A stretch of DNA of 63,435 nucleotides, counting the filler, from Octopus bimaculoides (taxonomy: Eukaryota), in NCBI RefSeq assembly GCF_001194135.2. It is 8 parts of 7 records of this genome, joined end to end, with 100 filler letters (N's around TTAATTAATTAA, not from the genome) between each part and the next. Parts side by side here need not be neighbours in the genome. Positions count along the whole stretch, not along the records: positions 23,538 to 26,357 come from NW_026430925.1; positions 26,458 to 29,281 come from NC_068986.1; positions 29,382 to 36,502 come from NC_069004.1; 5 more parts are not named here. One strand, 5' to 3'. Below, in pieces: positions 23,593 to 35,900 of the stretch (within the stretch, counting starts at the first letter, position 1; every line of letters starts with the position of its first letter). The notes under the pieces were generated by a model that made no database searches, was not told the origin of the DNA, and worked only from the letters and a program-made list of their open reading frames with translations. A program made the translations under genes and the position numbers.

Positions 23593-24140
23593 CATGCACA
23601 CACAAACATACACACACACATATGTATATATACACACTTATATCTATATGTATACACATGTGTCTATATATATATATAAACTGCCCACTCTTCCATCCTC
23701 CTATTTATCTTGTCTATGGTTACCATTCCATAAATATTTACCTAATCTTTTTCTTTTTTGCCTCCAGCTTCCTCAAGTCCAAACACGTATTCGACTGCCC
23801 ACATCCCCCCCCCACCCGTCCACCNNNNNNNNNNCCGCCCACCACCCTTCCTTACTTCAACCCAAAGAGATCAAACTACAACACAGGGGTGCCATTGTGA
23901 CGTCATATCTTTTACTGTCCCCTTCTGTTTTGAACATTGAAGATGCGGTGGTGAGCTGCTCTGTGTAATGTTACGTTTGCTTCCCAACCACATGGCTCTG
24001 GGTTCAGTCCCACTGCATGGCACCTTGGGCAAACGTCCTCCACTGTAGCCTCACGCCGAACAGAGTCTTGTGAGTGGATCTGGTAGGCAGAAACTGAAAG
24101 AAGCCCTTCATATCTGTCTATAGATATATATGTGTATATA

Positions 24141-24176
<36 letters not shown>

Positions 24177-25441
24177 AATATTATATTATATTATATTTAT
24201 CTTATGATATTTACTTTACTTTATATTATACTCATTTATTGTGCTTTTAATTATTAATTTTTCTATATGTGATAGTGGATTTTCATCGATGAGTTCTTGA
24301 AAATTGGTTATTTTCCCTAAAACTATATATTTTATATATTAATATATATATNNNNNNNNNNNNNNNNNNNNNNNNNNNNNNNNNNNNNNNNNNNNNNNNN
24401 NNNNNNNNNNNNNNNNNNNNNNNNNNNNNNNNNNNNNNNNNNNNNNNNNNNNNNNNNNNNNNNNNNNNNNNNNNNNNNNNNNNNNNNNNNNNNNNNNNNN
24501 NNNNNNNNNNNNNNNNNNNNNNNNNNNNNNNNNNNGTCATTTGACTGTGGCCATGCCGGAGCATTGCCTTTAGTTGACCAAATCGACCCTTGTGAGCCTA
24601 ATGCGTGTTTTGTATTGGTCTCCTTTCACCGAACTGCTAAGTTACGGGGGACGTTAACACAGCAACATCAGTTGTCAAGAGATGGAGGGCAAACAAACAC
24701 AGACACACACACATGTAAATATTTATACATAAATATATATATTTCTATATATATATATATATATATACGGCAGGCTTCTTTCAGTTTCCATCAACCAAAT
24801 CCACTCACAAGACTTTGGTCGGCCCAAGACTATAATAGACACTTAAGGTGCCATGTGGTGAGACTGAACTCGGAACCATGTGGTTGGAGAGCAAGCTTCT
24901 TACCTCACAACCACATATATACATACATACATGCATCCATACATACATACATACACATATATATATATGTATGTGTGTGTGTGTGTATATATATATATTC
25001 ATACACGTGTGTGTGTGTTAATGCAGCAATTTTTGTTATCATTGTTCAAAATATAAATTATAATGGCTGAATAAACAACAACTACAAAAAAACAAATGAA
25101 CAACAATGGTGATGATGATGATGATGATGATGATAATAATAATAATAATAATAACCACATTAATGATAATAGACTCTAACAGAAAACAACTGTGAAGGAA
25201 ATATGATGCAGGCTATTGTTTTATATGTATGAATGTGTGAGGCTTATATGTGTATATATAGAAACATGTGTAGGAGTGTGTGTGTATATAGATATGTGTG
25301 TGTGTGTGTGTGTATTGTTGACAATGTGCAAGTTGTTTTAATTACTTAATCTTTTCAATACAAAAACAGTTTATACAAACAGAAAAACAATCAAACACGA
25401 ATGTCTCTTGGTGCATGCGTGTGTGTATGTATGCATGTATG

Positions 25442-25480
<39 letters not shown>

Positions 25481-26012
25481 TATTTATTATTTGCACCGTG
25501 TTACTGAAAACTAGGTCTTCGGATTCAATTATGCACATGATGCATAAATCATGGTTATTATGTCATCTGATCAACATCTCCAAGTGCAAGGGAAAAAAAA
25601 AGTAATGATCTTAGCTGAAGGGAAGAAACTCCAGACAGCGGTCTTTACAGAGATGACGGACTGTAAAGGGGATTGGAGTGGGAGAAGTTGCCTGTTATCC
25701 AATAGAGTCATTTTAAGGGGCACAAGCTACTGTGGTAGCTGAAGAATAGTGACATGGAGAAGTCAAAGGAGGCTGGTGTACAGTTTGCAGTGTTGGGGTC
25801 AGTAAGGGTCAGTGTAGGGTTTGCACTGTGTTAGAGAATGAGGTTCTGTTTCTCAGGTAACTGGATTTCTTTTGGATAGAGTTGTTGCTGTTGTTTTTTT
25901 GTTTAGCCCCAGGTCAGTCCTGATCCAGACAGAACTATGATCAAAGATGTTCCAGTTGTTTTATTCAGGCATAGTGTATCTAGGACTACATTATCTAATG
26001 TATAGTACACTA

Positions 26013-26187
26013 GGCGCAGGAGTGGCTGTGTGGTAAGTAGCTTGCTTACCAACCACATTGTTCCCTGTTCAGTCCCACTGCGTGGCACCTTGGGCAAGTG
26101 TCTTCTACTATAGACTCAGGCCAACCAAAGCCTTGTGAGTGGATTTAGTAGACGGAAACTGAAAGAAGCCCGTTGTATATATGTATG

Positions 26188-26222
<35 letters not shown>

Positions 26223-26357
26223 TTGTGTTCTCTGTTTGTCCCCCTGGCATTGCTTGACAACCGATGCTGGTGTGTTTACGTCCCCGTAACTTAGTGGTTC
26301 GGCAAAAAGAGACCGATAGAATAAGTACTAGGCTTACAAAGAATAAGTCCTGGGGTC
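26013..26357 (+). mobile_element. tRNA-derived SINE with internal (TA)n (GGCGCAGGAGTGGCTGTGTGGTAAG family)
   Basis: Same family as 46901-47320(+), 23095-23330(-), 24536-24915(-), 36865-37070(-), and 3' parts at ~5300-5475 and ~19560-19720. Confidence 0.85.
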
Positions 26358-26600
26358 NNNNNNNNNNNNNNNNNNNNNNNNNNNNNNNNNNNNNNNNNNN
26401 NTTAATTAATTAANNNNNNNNNNNNNNNNNNNNNNNNNNNNNNNNNNNNNNNNNNNNTATCTCCCCCTTTCTTAGCTCTCCTGAAATAAGAATTTCTAAC
26501 TTCCGGTCAGTCATTGTTATGATCGGCCATTATTATGATTGACCGTTGACTGAACACTATTCAATTTTTTTTCTCCGTGTTTTTCTCCTTGTCTCCGTAT

Positions 26601-26637
26601 TCTTTCTGTTGAAGAGCGTAGCTCGAAACGTCAAAGA
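26601..26637 (+). ncRNA. Minimal type I hammerhead motif, A6U core variant
   Basis: UCUUU-CUGUUGA-A-GAGC(GUA)GCUC-GAAAC-GUC|AAAGA; stems I and II pair perfectly. Confidence 0.7.
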
Positions 26638-26945
26638 CTTTCCGTATTCCCGAGCGTCATACTAATATATACTTTTGTTATTTACACCACCTGTCCTCGT
26701 CTGTTGTTATTATTTGTATATTCTCCCATATATATATATATATATATATTTCCCATACCATCCCATCCCATCCCTTACACCCTCTCCCATATACCTTCAT
26801 TTTGGAATCACTACTACTTTGTTATCTCCCATTCTTCTTAGCTCTCCTGTGTGACCCTTTTGTCCGCCATTCGCCATGATAGATCGCTAACCACTACACA
26901 CATTTTTTTCTCTGCTTATTCCTCTCCTTGTTTCTTTCTGTGTTC

Positions 26946-26981
26946 CTTTCTGTAGAAGAGCGTAGGCTCGAAACGTTAAAG
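26946..26981 (+). ncRNA. Minimal type I hammerhead motif, A6U core variant (second copy)
   Basis: CUUU-CUGUAGA-A-GAGC(GUAG)GCUC-GAAAC-GUU|AAAG. Confidence 0.7.
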
Positions 26982-27073
26982 ACTTTTCCAATTCCCGAGC
27001 GTTATACTAATACATCTGTTTTTTTTCTACACCACCTGTCTTCGTCTTTTGTTTTTTTTTTGTGAATTCTCCC

Positions 27074-27113
<40 letters not shown>

Positions 27114-27249
27114 TGTATGTATGTGAGTGTGTAAGTGTGTGTGCGTTTATATATATGTATACGTGTATGGATACGTATGCATATATCTATCTTTCCTTCT
27201 CTCGCTCTCTTTCTCTCTCCGATAGATCCCTCCCTTTCGTAACAGGGAC

Positions 27250-28330
27250 GATTCCGTTCATCTTGTATCACGATCGAGCTTGACAGGTGATGTAATTAGA
27301 ATTTAGAATAGGACGGAACACCTCGGAATTTTGATGAACCTCTGGAAGCAAACCATCTACACCACACTATTTGCTGGTCTTGAGCTGTTTAGCAGACGTT
27401 ATTGTTTCATTGAACGTAATTGCAGCAATTTGAATATTGGTGAGCAGCGGTGAGATTGGTGTGACAACAATATTGCCCGTGGGATATGTGTAGCTCTTGA
27501 GCAACTTTTCAAAGTGGAATTTACAGACAAGTCGATCCTATGTGTAACTTAACTTTACGTTTTCGCGCTGGCTTCGAATTGCATCCAACACAGTTCTCGA
27601 AGGGGACATCTTAACGCTTTTCTTTTTTATTATAGTCTTGGACTATGTAATAGGGCACACTTTGGTATCTGAACGAGTCATAAGTCTCTATCCTCACCGA
27701 GATTCATGTCATCTAGCATCGTATCTCATTGATCCCGAGTTTCCGGATGAGATTGCACTCGTTTCACGTACAATCATAAAAGTTCAAAGTCTCCTCATAA
27801 ACCAGGATTCGGCTGCAATTGAAGTTGTTCGCATGAAGAAAAAATTTTAAAATACCAGCACTGCTGAAAATTCGGTCTATGTGTATTTATAAATTAATTG
27901 GGTATTCGCCCAATCAGCATAGATGTTACCATTCATAGAGCGGTAACATGGTCAGTATCCGACAAGCTACGGAAAATTTGAGAAGAAGTATGACGGTCAC
28001 GTGACCTCCACCTATGCAAGAGTAGAATCTGTTCTGCTCTACGATTCTGAACGATCGTCCCTTACAGTGGCCCAATAGTGATCATTAGACGGCACGAACA
28101 CTTAAATTTTGCCCAAGTACTTTAACACCTTTGATATCGACCATACGCCAAGCAAGTCATTATATGGATCTTTACTACCCAGACAATCACATACGACTAA
28201 AACTCGCTGGCCACAGGTTTCGTCGAACGAAACAACCTGTCATTGCAATGTTTTCTTTTTATAAACCCATGGGGTCGTTAAAACCTAGCGGTTAACCTCG
28301 TAAGATGTATTGCCCGTAGACTTATACAAA
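27250..28330. mobile_element. Degenerate RTE-clade LINE with inverted 5' part
   Basis: 27640-28330(+): IDPEFPDEIALVSRTI (FADD-like RT motif) and RVESVLLYDSE. 27250-27620(-): QLKTSK*CGVDGLLPEV...IVPVTKGRD (RT N-terminal region). Confidence 0.7.
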
Positions 28331-29236
28331 AAAAAAGTACTATGCAATACCTCAGACTTGGCACAGGTAATGTCAGCTCGCAGAGCCTGGAAGAGAGTTT
28401 GCTCTTGAGTTGGACTCGACATCTACGAGTGATGCGATGTAGACTAGAAGAACCTTAGTTAAGGTTACTTATTAAAATGACACTTATTAAAATGACACTT
28501 ATAAAAATGTTACTTATTAAAATTTGGTAGAATAGAATTTTGTGCGTTATATATGTATCTACAAAGAATAAAAGTGTTTGGCTCTTCGCTAAGTCGGAGT
28601 TTTTAATTTATGGCCTCTAGATAAGGATTAACAGGTTGGGAGCGAATATACATTTGTTAGGACAAATCTATTGGTATTTGGTGTATACGTGCGATAGATG
28701 TGATAGTATGCAGTTATTGAAGATGTATCGTCAATAATGAATACTCCCAGATTGGACCGGTGATAACGAAAGTTCATACACAGACACACGCACACACACA
28801 TACACAAATACACATACATATACACACATACACACACACACACATATATATATATGTATGTATATATGTATATATGTCGATATGTATGTATGTATGTATG
28901 TATATGTCCCCATACTCACGAACACACAAACGCAATTTTATCATTTGAAAATAAGGTCAAATTTGGTAAGGAATATACAATTTGTCCTCAGCGTCAGATT
29001 GACAGTGTGGTTACACCAACGGTTAATTTTCGAATAATTAGAAAAGAATTCGGCATGAGTAATTTTTGAATCTTTTTAAATGTTGACCAGAATACGATTA
29101 CTCATTTCCTTTTCCTATAGAAAGCTGTAGCTGGTTGATATTTGAAATTATATTTAAAATCTATAGGTTCTTCGGCATTCATATTTATCATGTGTATCTA
29201 CAAATATACATATATAAATATATATAGCCATATATG

Positions 29237-29281
<45 letters not shown>

Positions 29282-29381
29282 NNNNNNNNNNNNNNNNNNN
29301 NNNNNNNNNNNNNNNNNNNNNNNNNTTAATTAATTAANNNNNNNNNNNNNNNNNNNNNNNNNNNNNNNNNNNNNNNNNNNN

Positions 29382-29456
<75 letters not shown>

Positions 29457-29639
29457 TCTCTGCGTGCCTAATTCGTAAATGTATTACGATGATACTCCAG
29501 GATGCATTGTCGTGGATGTTTCTGGGGTCGTAGGACATTTCGGGACTTTGAAAATCAGGTCTTCACTCTCACCTAATTGATCCAGCAGAGGTGATCAGGT
29601 CCCAACTTGTATCCCCAGAAGTAGTAAACCACTGGTCTA

Positions 29640-30910
29640 CCTTCTTTATCTAAAACCATCCAATGAACTTCTACGTAACGTCGGTGATGGAAAATATGGT
29701 CTTACTTTTTGCCATGCCAATAACTCCCAATCAGAGTTCCGCCATACTGGTAACCAGTGGTTCCTCTATATCTGCATGGATTTCTCCTTGGAGAAGAAGC
29801 TGTCGCTCTTTGACGTTACCATTCTGGCGGATTGGAAATTATCCCAACCTGAACATATAATCGCCATAGACCCAACCTGAGCTTTCTGCTTCAACTGTTC
29901 TCTGCCGCTTACAACTCTCTGGCGGCACTGCGCTTCTGACCCGAGCAAACTTCAATAACAATCGGAAATCGAGCAGAGATTCGACAACGCAGATGAACAC
30001 ATCAAATCGAAATCAAACACCCTGCAAGTCTGGATCCCTCACTCTTCTTGTATTTTGACACAAGATTACAGAAAAGGGTTCCATCTAATGCAACATCTGC
30101 AAGAAAGCAGCCAAGAAGAACCAAGTTATGCACTACAAATCGACCATCCCTCTGTCTATATACGAAAGGAAATCTCACGTAAAAGTGACAGGTGCAACGA
30201 TTCAGCTGACAATGCTACCAACACCAAAATGCTCCGGATATCCTACAAAACAACGGCTACCCACCATATTTCGACATAAAGCAGCATATAAACAGTAATA
30301 TATATGTTAAAGTTTATAAACGTCATAAGAAGGCCCATACTCCCAAGACAGATCCGTGCTTCGTAAAATTACCCTACTTAGACGACAGAGCTACTGCTGC
30401 AATCCATTTTGCGAACGGACTAAAGATACAGTTGATACATTCCAGTCTATCTCTAAAAACTTACTGCCCAGAAATCGTACAAATAATATCGTTGAGTGCA
30501 CACTGTCTTATGCCACTTCGACAATTTTAGAATGTGCTCGAGGGCCGACGTGGTCTATGATACAGTCTGCAGGAAGTGTTATCCGTCCTACATTGAGAGC
30601 ACCATCATCTGCATTAAAAAATGGCGAACGCTCAAACATTTTAGTTCATATTTACCCGCCAGATTTAACTGTATCTGTCAGGATCACGGAATGTAACACA
30701 GCCTGCGAACCAAGAAGGCTATCCTCATTGATAAGGTGAAACCAGTAATAAGCAAGAACTACACGAAACAGTCTATCATAACTACATCAACCCGCGCTGT
30801 CACTATACTCTCCTACGTGTATGAGCAACCATATAAGTTATATTCCTTCTCCTGTTAATCTACGTGTCTTGATGAAAGGTGTCATAACCTCCGAAATACA
30901 GAAGAAATAT
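29640..30910 (+). mobile_element. Degenerate Penelope-like element (GIY-YIG remnant and decayed hammerhead end)
   Basis: SRADVVYDTVCRKCYPSYIEST (~30520-30600) and RTKKAILIDKVKPVISK (~30705-30755) resemble PLE GIY-YIG motifs. UUGAUGA..GAAA remnant at 30869-30900. Confidence 0.6.
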
Positions 30911-30992
30911 AAGGTAAGACTTGATCTATTTTTCTCTCTTCACTTTTGTACCTAATTTCAAATTGTTTCGGCTTTTATTTTATGTAAAAACT

Positions 30993-32283
30993 GGAGGCGC
31001 AATGGTCCAGTGGTTAGGGCAGCGGACTCGCGGTAGTTCTTTTTCCAGCGAAGGCAAACAGAAATGTAATCACCAATTGTTTTAAGGCACACAAGAGAAA
31101 ACNNNNNNNNNNNNNNNNNNNNNNNNNNNNNNNNNNNNNNNNNNNNNNNNNNNNNNNNNNNNNNNNNNNNNNNNNNNNNNNNNNNNNNNNNNNNNNNNNN
31201 NNNNNNNNNNNNNNNNNNNNNNNNNNNNNNNNNNNNNNNNNNNNNNNNNNNNNNNNNNNNNNNNNNNNNNNNNNNNNNNNNNNNNNNNNNNNNNNNNNNN
31301 NNNNNNNNNNNNNNNNNNNNNNNNNNNNNNNNNNNNNNNNNNNNNNNNNNNNNNNNNNNNNNNNNNNNNNNNNNNNNNNNNNNNNNNNNNNNNNNNNNNN
31401 NNNNNNNNNNNNNNNNNNNNNNNNNNNNNNNNNNNNNNNNNNNNNNNNNNNNNNNNNNNNNNNNNNNNNNNNNNNNNNNNNNNNNNNNNNNNNNNNNNNN
31501 NNNNNNNNNNNNNNNNNNNNNNNNNNNNNNNNNNNNNNNNNNNNNNNNNNNNNNNNNNNNNNNNNNNNNNNNNNNNNNNNNNNNNNNNNNNNNNNNNNNN
31601 NNNNNNNNNNNNNNNNNNNNNNNNNNNNNNNNNNNNNNNNNNNNNNNNNNNNNNNNNNNNNNNNNNNNNNNNNNNNNNNNNNNNNNNNNNNNNNNNNNNN
31701 NNNNNNNNNNNNNNNNNNNNNNNNNNNNNNNNNNNNNNNNNNNNNNNNNNNNNNNNNNNNNNNNNNNNNNNNNNNNNNNNNNNNNNNNNNNNNNNNNNNN
31801 NNNNNNNNNNNNNNNNNNNNNNNNNNNNNNNNNNNNNNNNNNNNNNNNNNNNNNNNNNNNNNNNNNNNNNNNNNNNNNNNNNNNNNNNNNNNNNNNNNNN
31901 NNNNNNNNNNNNNNNNNNNNNNNNNNNNNNNNNNNNNNNNNNNNNNNNNNNNNNNNNNNNNNNNNNNNNNNNNNNNNNNNNNNNNNNNNNNNNNNNNNNC
32001 CTATAGCTCCACGAGGCACCGGCAGGGGATGGTGGCGAACCCTGCTGTACTCTTTCACCACAACTTTCTCTCACTCTTACTTCCTGTTTCTGTTGTGCCT
32101 GTAATTCAAAGGGTCAGCCTTGTCACACTCTGTGTCACGCTGAATATCCCCCGAGAACTACGTTATGGGTACACGTGTCTGTGGAGTGCTCAGCCACTTG
32201 CACGTTAATTTCACGAGCAGGCTGTTCCGTTGATCGGATCAACTGGAACCCTCAACGTCGTAAGCGACGGAGTGCCAACAACA
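30993..32283 (+). mobile_element. tRNA-derived SINE (GGAGGCGCAATGG family) split by other sequence and a gap
   Basis: Head at 30993-31032; body at 32000-32283 near-identical to 18055-18332. Confidence 0.75.
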
Positions 32284-32966
32284 AACTTTTATACTACTGG
32301 AAAAAGAAAAAAAGTAAAGAAAAAGCGGGAAATGTGTGCATGTGGAAAATGAAGAGGAGACATACCCTCTCCTTCTCCTTCTGTTCTGCTTGTCTGTGGC
32401 CAAACACCATGCATACATATATACATACACACACAAGTATGTATATATGAGTATGTATATATGTGTATGTATATATACATGCATATATATGTATGTGTGT
32501 ATACACACACACACACACATTCATTCGTCCGAAGTTAAAGCATGTGTGTGTGTATGCATGTTTGTATGTGTATGTGTGTTTGTATGTGTGTATGTGTGTT
32601 TGTATGTTGTGTGTGTTTCTGTATGCGTGTTTGTATGTGTGTGTGTATGATTATATGTGTATGTGTGCTTGTATGTTGTGTGTGTGTATGTGTGTGTGTG
32701 TGTGTGTGTGTGTTTTCCTTAATCGCAGCAAACCTGAATGACGTCACAAAGCGGAGCACAAACTGATGAGAAATAGCAAGAGAGAAAGAGAGGCAGAGAA
32801 TGAATGGGTAGTTGTGAAATAGTAAGACAAAGAAAGAGAAAGAAAGAGAGGGAGAAAGATCAAAGAGAGGGAAAGGTTAAAAAGAGAGTCAATTTTTTAA
32901 ACTGCTATATTATATCATTGATATTGACTTAAAGTTATTTCTGTTGTCTCCTGGATATTCTCTGAT

Positions 32967-35900
32967 ATGGTTGACCCTATTTGCGCAGACGACGTAGAAA
33001 AGTTTTTAGAAGAAAACCCAGAATTCACTAAAAACTGGATTTCTAAACACAATGCTAATACTTCTGAAGAGAAAGTTGTTGTGGTCCCGTCTTTAAGACA
33101 TTCATTTATAGACTGCGTTAAAATGATTATTTCTCGAAACAGCAGCATTGGTGTAAACAAGAATACGGTATTAACCGTAAAGGACACTTACAGAGAAATC
33201 ATGAAGGAATTGGCTTCCGAGCTTAATGAAGATAAATTGTGTTATGCGGTTCTTCAGAACACGTGTATTTTGATCCAGTCTAATAGCGCGAGTATTTATT
33301 TGGCTCGAGGTACCGGAAAGACGCGTTATCTTATATCTAAATACGTCGATGTGACCGCTACTTCTGACAGAAATGAAACCCTTCATTCAGAACCCAATAT
33401 CATTCGTATACCATTCGGTGAAGGAATCTTGGGTTATGTAGCTGAAAGTAAGCGTTCTTTGAACATCAAAGATGTTACTCGGCCTCATCATTCTTTAAGT
33501 GATGACAAATCGATTGGACTTCAAGTCCAAAGTATTCTGTGTATGCCGATTCTAAATAAATACGATAATGTAATGGGTGTCGTTAATGTCCAGAACAGCA
33601 AAGAAAATGCTAATTTTTCTTTAGAAGATGAAGCCTTATTTGAGAACTTATTATCTGTTTGTGGAATCAGTATAGAAAATGCTCATTTATTTCAAGTCTG
33701 TCTTGAAGAATTTAAACGCCACCAGTTATTACTAAAGCTCGCCAACTGCATTCTGAAAGAACAGAACAATCTACCAAAGCTTATTTCTCAAATTTTGCAC
33801 CATGCCATGGCATTGATTGACAGTAGTAATATCAGCATCTATTTAACTGACAGTAACAAAGAAACAGTTGGTCCAAATATAAATTCTAAAGTGTTTCAGT
33901 TATTGAAAGAAGAGAAAGAAGCAAAAGAAGTGACAATAGATAGGAAATTTATAAAACCTGTTGAAAATAATTTGAAGAGTGAAAATGTATTCGATGTTTT
34001 CAATTTAAAATTTTCTTCTGAAATCTCGTTTCCAAATCTCAAAGACAGTGAAATGTGGTTACTTGGTATGCCGATAAAAGATTCCACGGGAAACACTATT
34101 GGTTGTATAATGTTTGTCAGAGATTCGGTGGACGATTTTAGTGAAAATGATATCAAGATGATGAAAGCATTTACAACTTATTGCGGTTTGAGTATCTTCA
34201 ACTGTCGTTTGTACGAGAGTTCAGTTAAGTTGCTGTCTCGGGCGAAAATAATCGATGATGTTATTGCCTACAACAAGACGTGTGATCAAAAAACAATCGA
34301 TCGTTATCTATCAATGGAGATGAAATCTTCAGAACACTATCAAATATACAATTTTCACTTCGATGATTCATTATATACAGATGATGATACTGTTTTAATA
34401 TGTGCCCGGTTGCTTTTAAAGCTTGATGTTGTAAATGTTCTGAATATATCTATGGCTTATTTATATAGGTTTATTGTAACAGTGAAAGACAGCTATCGTC
34501 CAGTTACCTACCATAACTGGCGCCATGTTTTAAACGTTACACAATCAATGTTCTGTATGTTGACTACAGGTAAATTAGAGACTTACTTCACGAAATTCCA
34601 AATGATCTGTTTATTAATTGCTTGTTTGCTTCATGATCTTGAGCACAGAGGGCAGAACAATTCGTTCCAAGTGAGAATAGCATCTTCGCTTGCTACATTG
34701 TACAGTACGTCTATCTTAGAGCACTATCATATAAGTCGAAATATGATGATATTAAACAAATCCGGAACTAATATCTTTAAAAATCTTCCAGTTGAAAAGT
34801 ATCGAGAGGGTTTCAGACTAATAGAGAAAGCAATCTTTGCCACGGATCTCAAGAACCATTTTGAGAATAGGAGCATTTTTAGACACGAAATAGAAAGTGA
34901 TCACAGAACGTTTGATTCTCTTGAGAGTATTGATTTACTAATTGGCATGGTGATGACTGCAGCAGATCTGTCGGCTGCGACTAAGCCATGGGAAATTCAA
35001 AGAAAGACAGCCATTAAAGTCATATCTGAATACTTCGAGCAAGGAGAGCTGGATAAAGCTTTAAAATCTCAAGTCTTGTCTTTGGTGGATCGCGAGAAAA
35101 AATGTGAAATAACTAGGGCACAAGTTGATTTTATTGATTTTGTGTGTATGCCGATTTATAAACTTTTGGTAAAATTAGAAACGTGTTTGAGACCATTATA
35201 TGACGGGTGCATCGCAAACGGAACACACTGGCGTCTTATTGCTGCTGATAAAGAAAAGTTTAATATCGATGAAGAATTAATTGTTGCTTCACATCAGAGA
35301 TTAAGAGTTGACCAACCAAAACAGCACCAAGAATTCCGAAGTAGCTCAATGGATATTCAAACTCGAAATAACAAGATTTTAGAACCAATATTAGATAAAT
35401 TTCGATCACCTATAGCATTAAATTTAATTACAGAACATAATTCCTCCGTATGGTGTCATTCAGAACCATCGTTAATACCTAAACTAAAGAAGCTTACTAT
35501 GTTAAAATCACCAATTTCTGCTTGTCCATGGCAAGAAAGCATTGTGAAGTTTACTATGGCAGTACCTCATAAAAAAGTTGAAATGAAAGAAAAATCTTGT
35601 CAGACAGACATGTCAGTCGTCAAATTACACACCAGAAACACTGTACAAATATATAATTCCAAAGGTAAAATTACTTCAGAAGGTCCGATGAAAGTTAGCC
35701 TTCCAGTTAAAACAACTTATTCAGCCACAGTTCATTCAGATATCAATGAATTTGCAACTAACAAACACTCGAATAGCAATGCTACATCTATGCAACATCA
35801 AAATTATATCCCAACATTGGCTCTTTCACCGAATTCACTGAGAACATCAATAGACGTCAAAACATTCATAAAACATACTGATTCGACTCACCTTTTCGAT

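Larger units (their letters stand above)
26460..27060 (+). mobile_element. Two tandem Penelope-like terminal repeats
   Basis: Diverged direct repeats (CTTAGCTCTCCTG...GAAGAGCGTAG(G)CTCGAAACGT.AAAGACTTT...CCCGAGCGT.ATACTAATA...TACACCACCTGTC.TCGTCT), ~345 bp apart. Confidence 0.75.
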
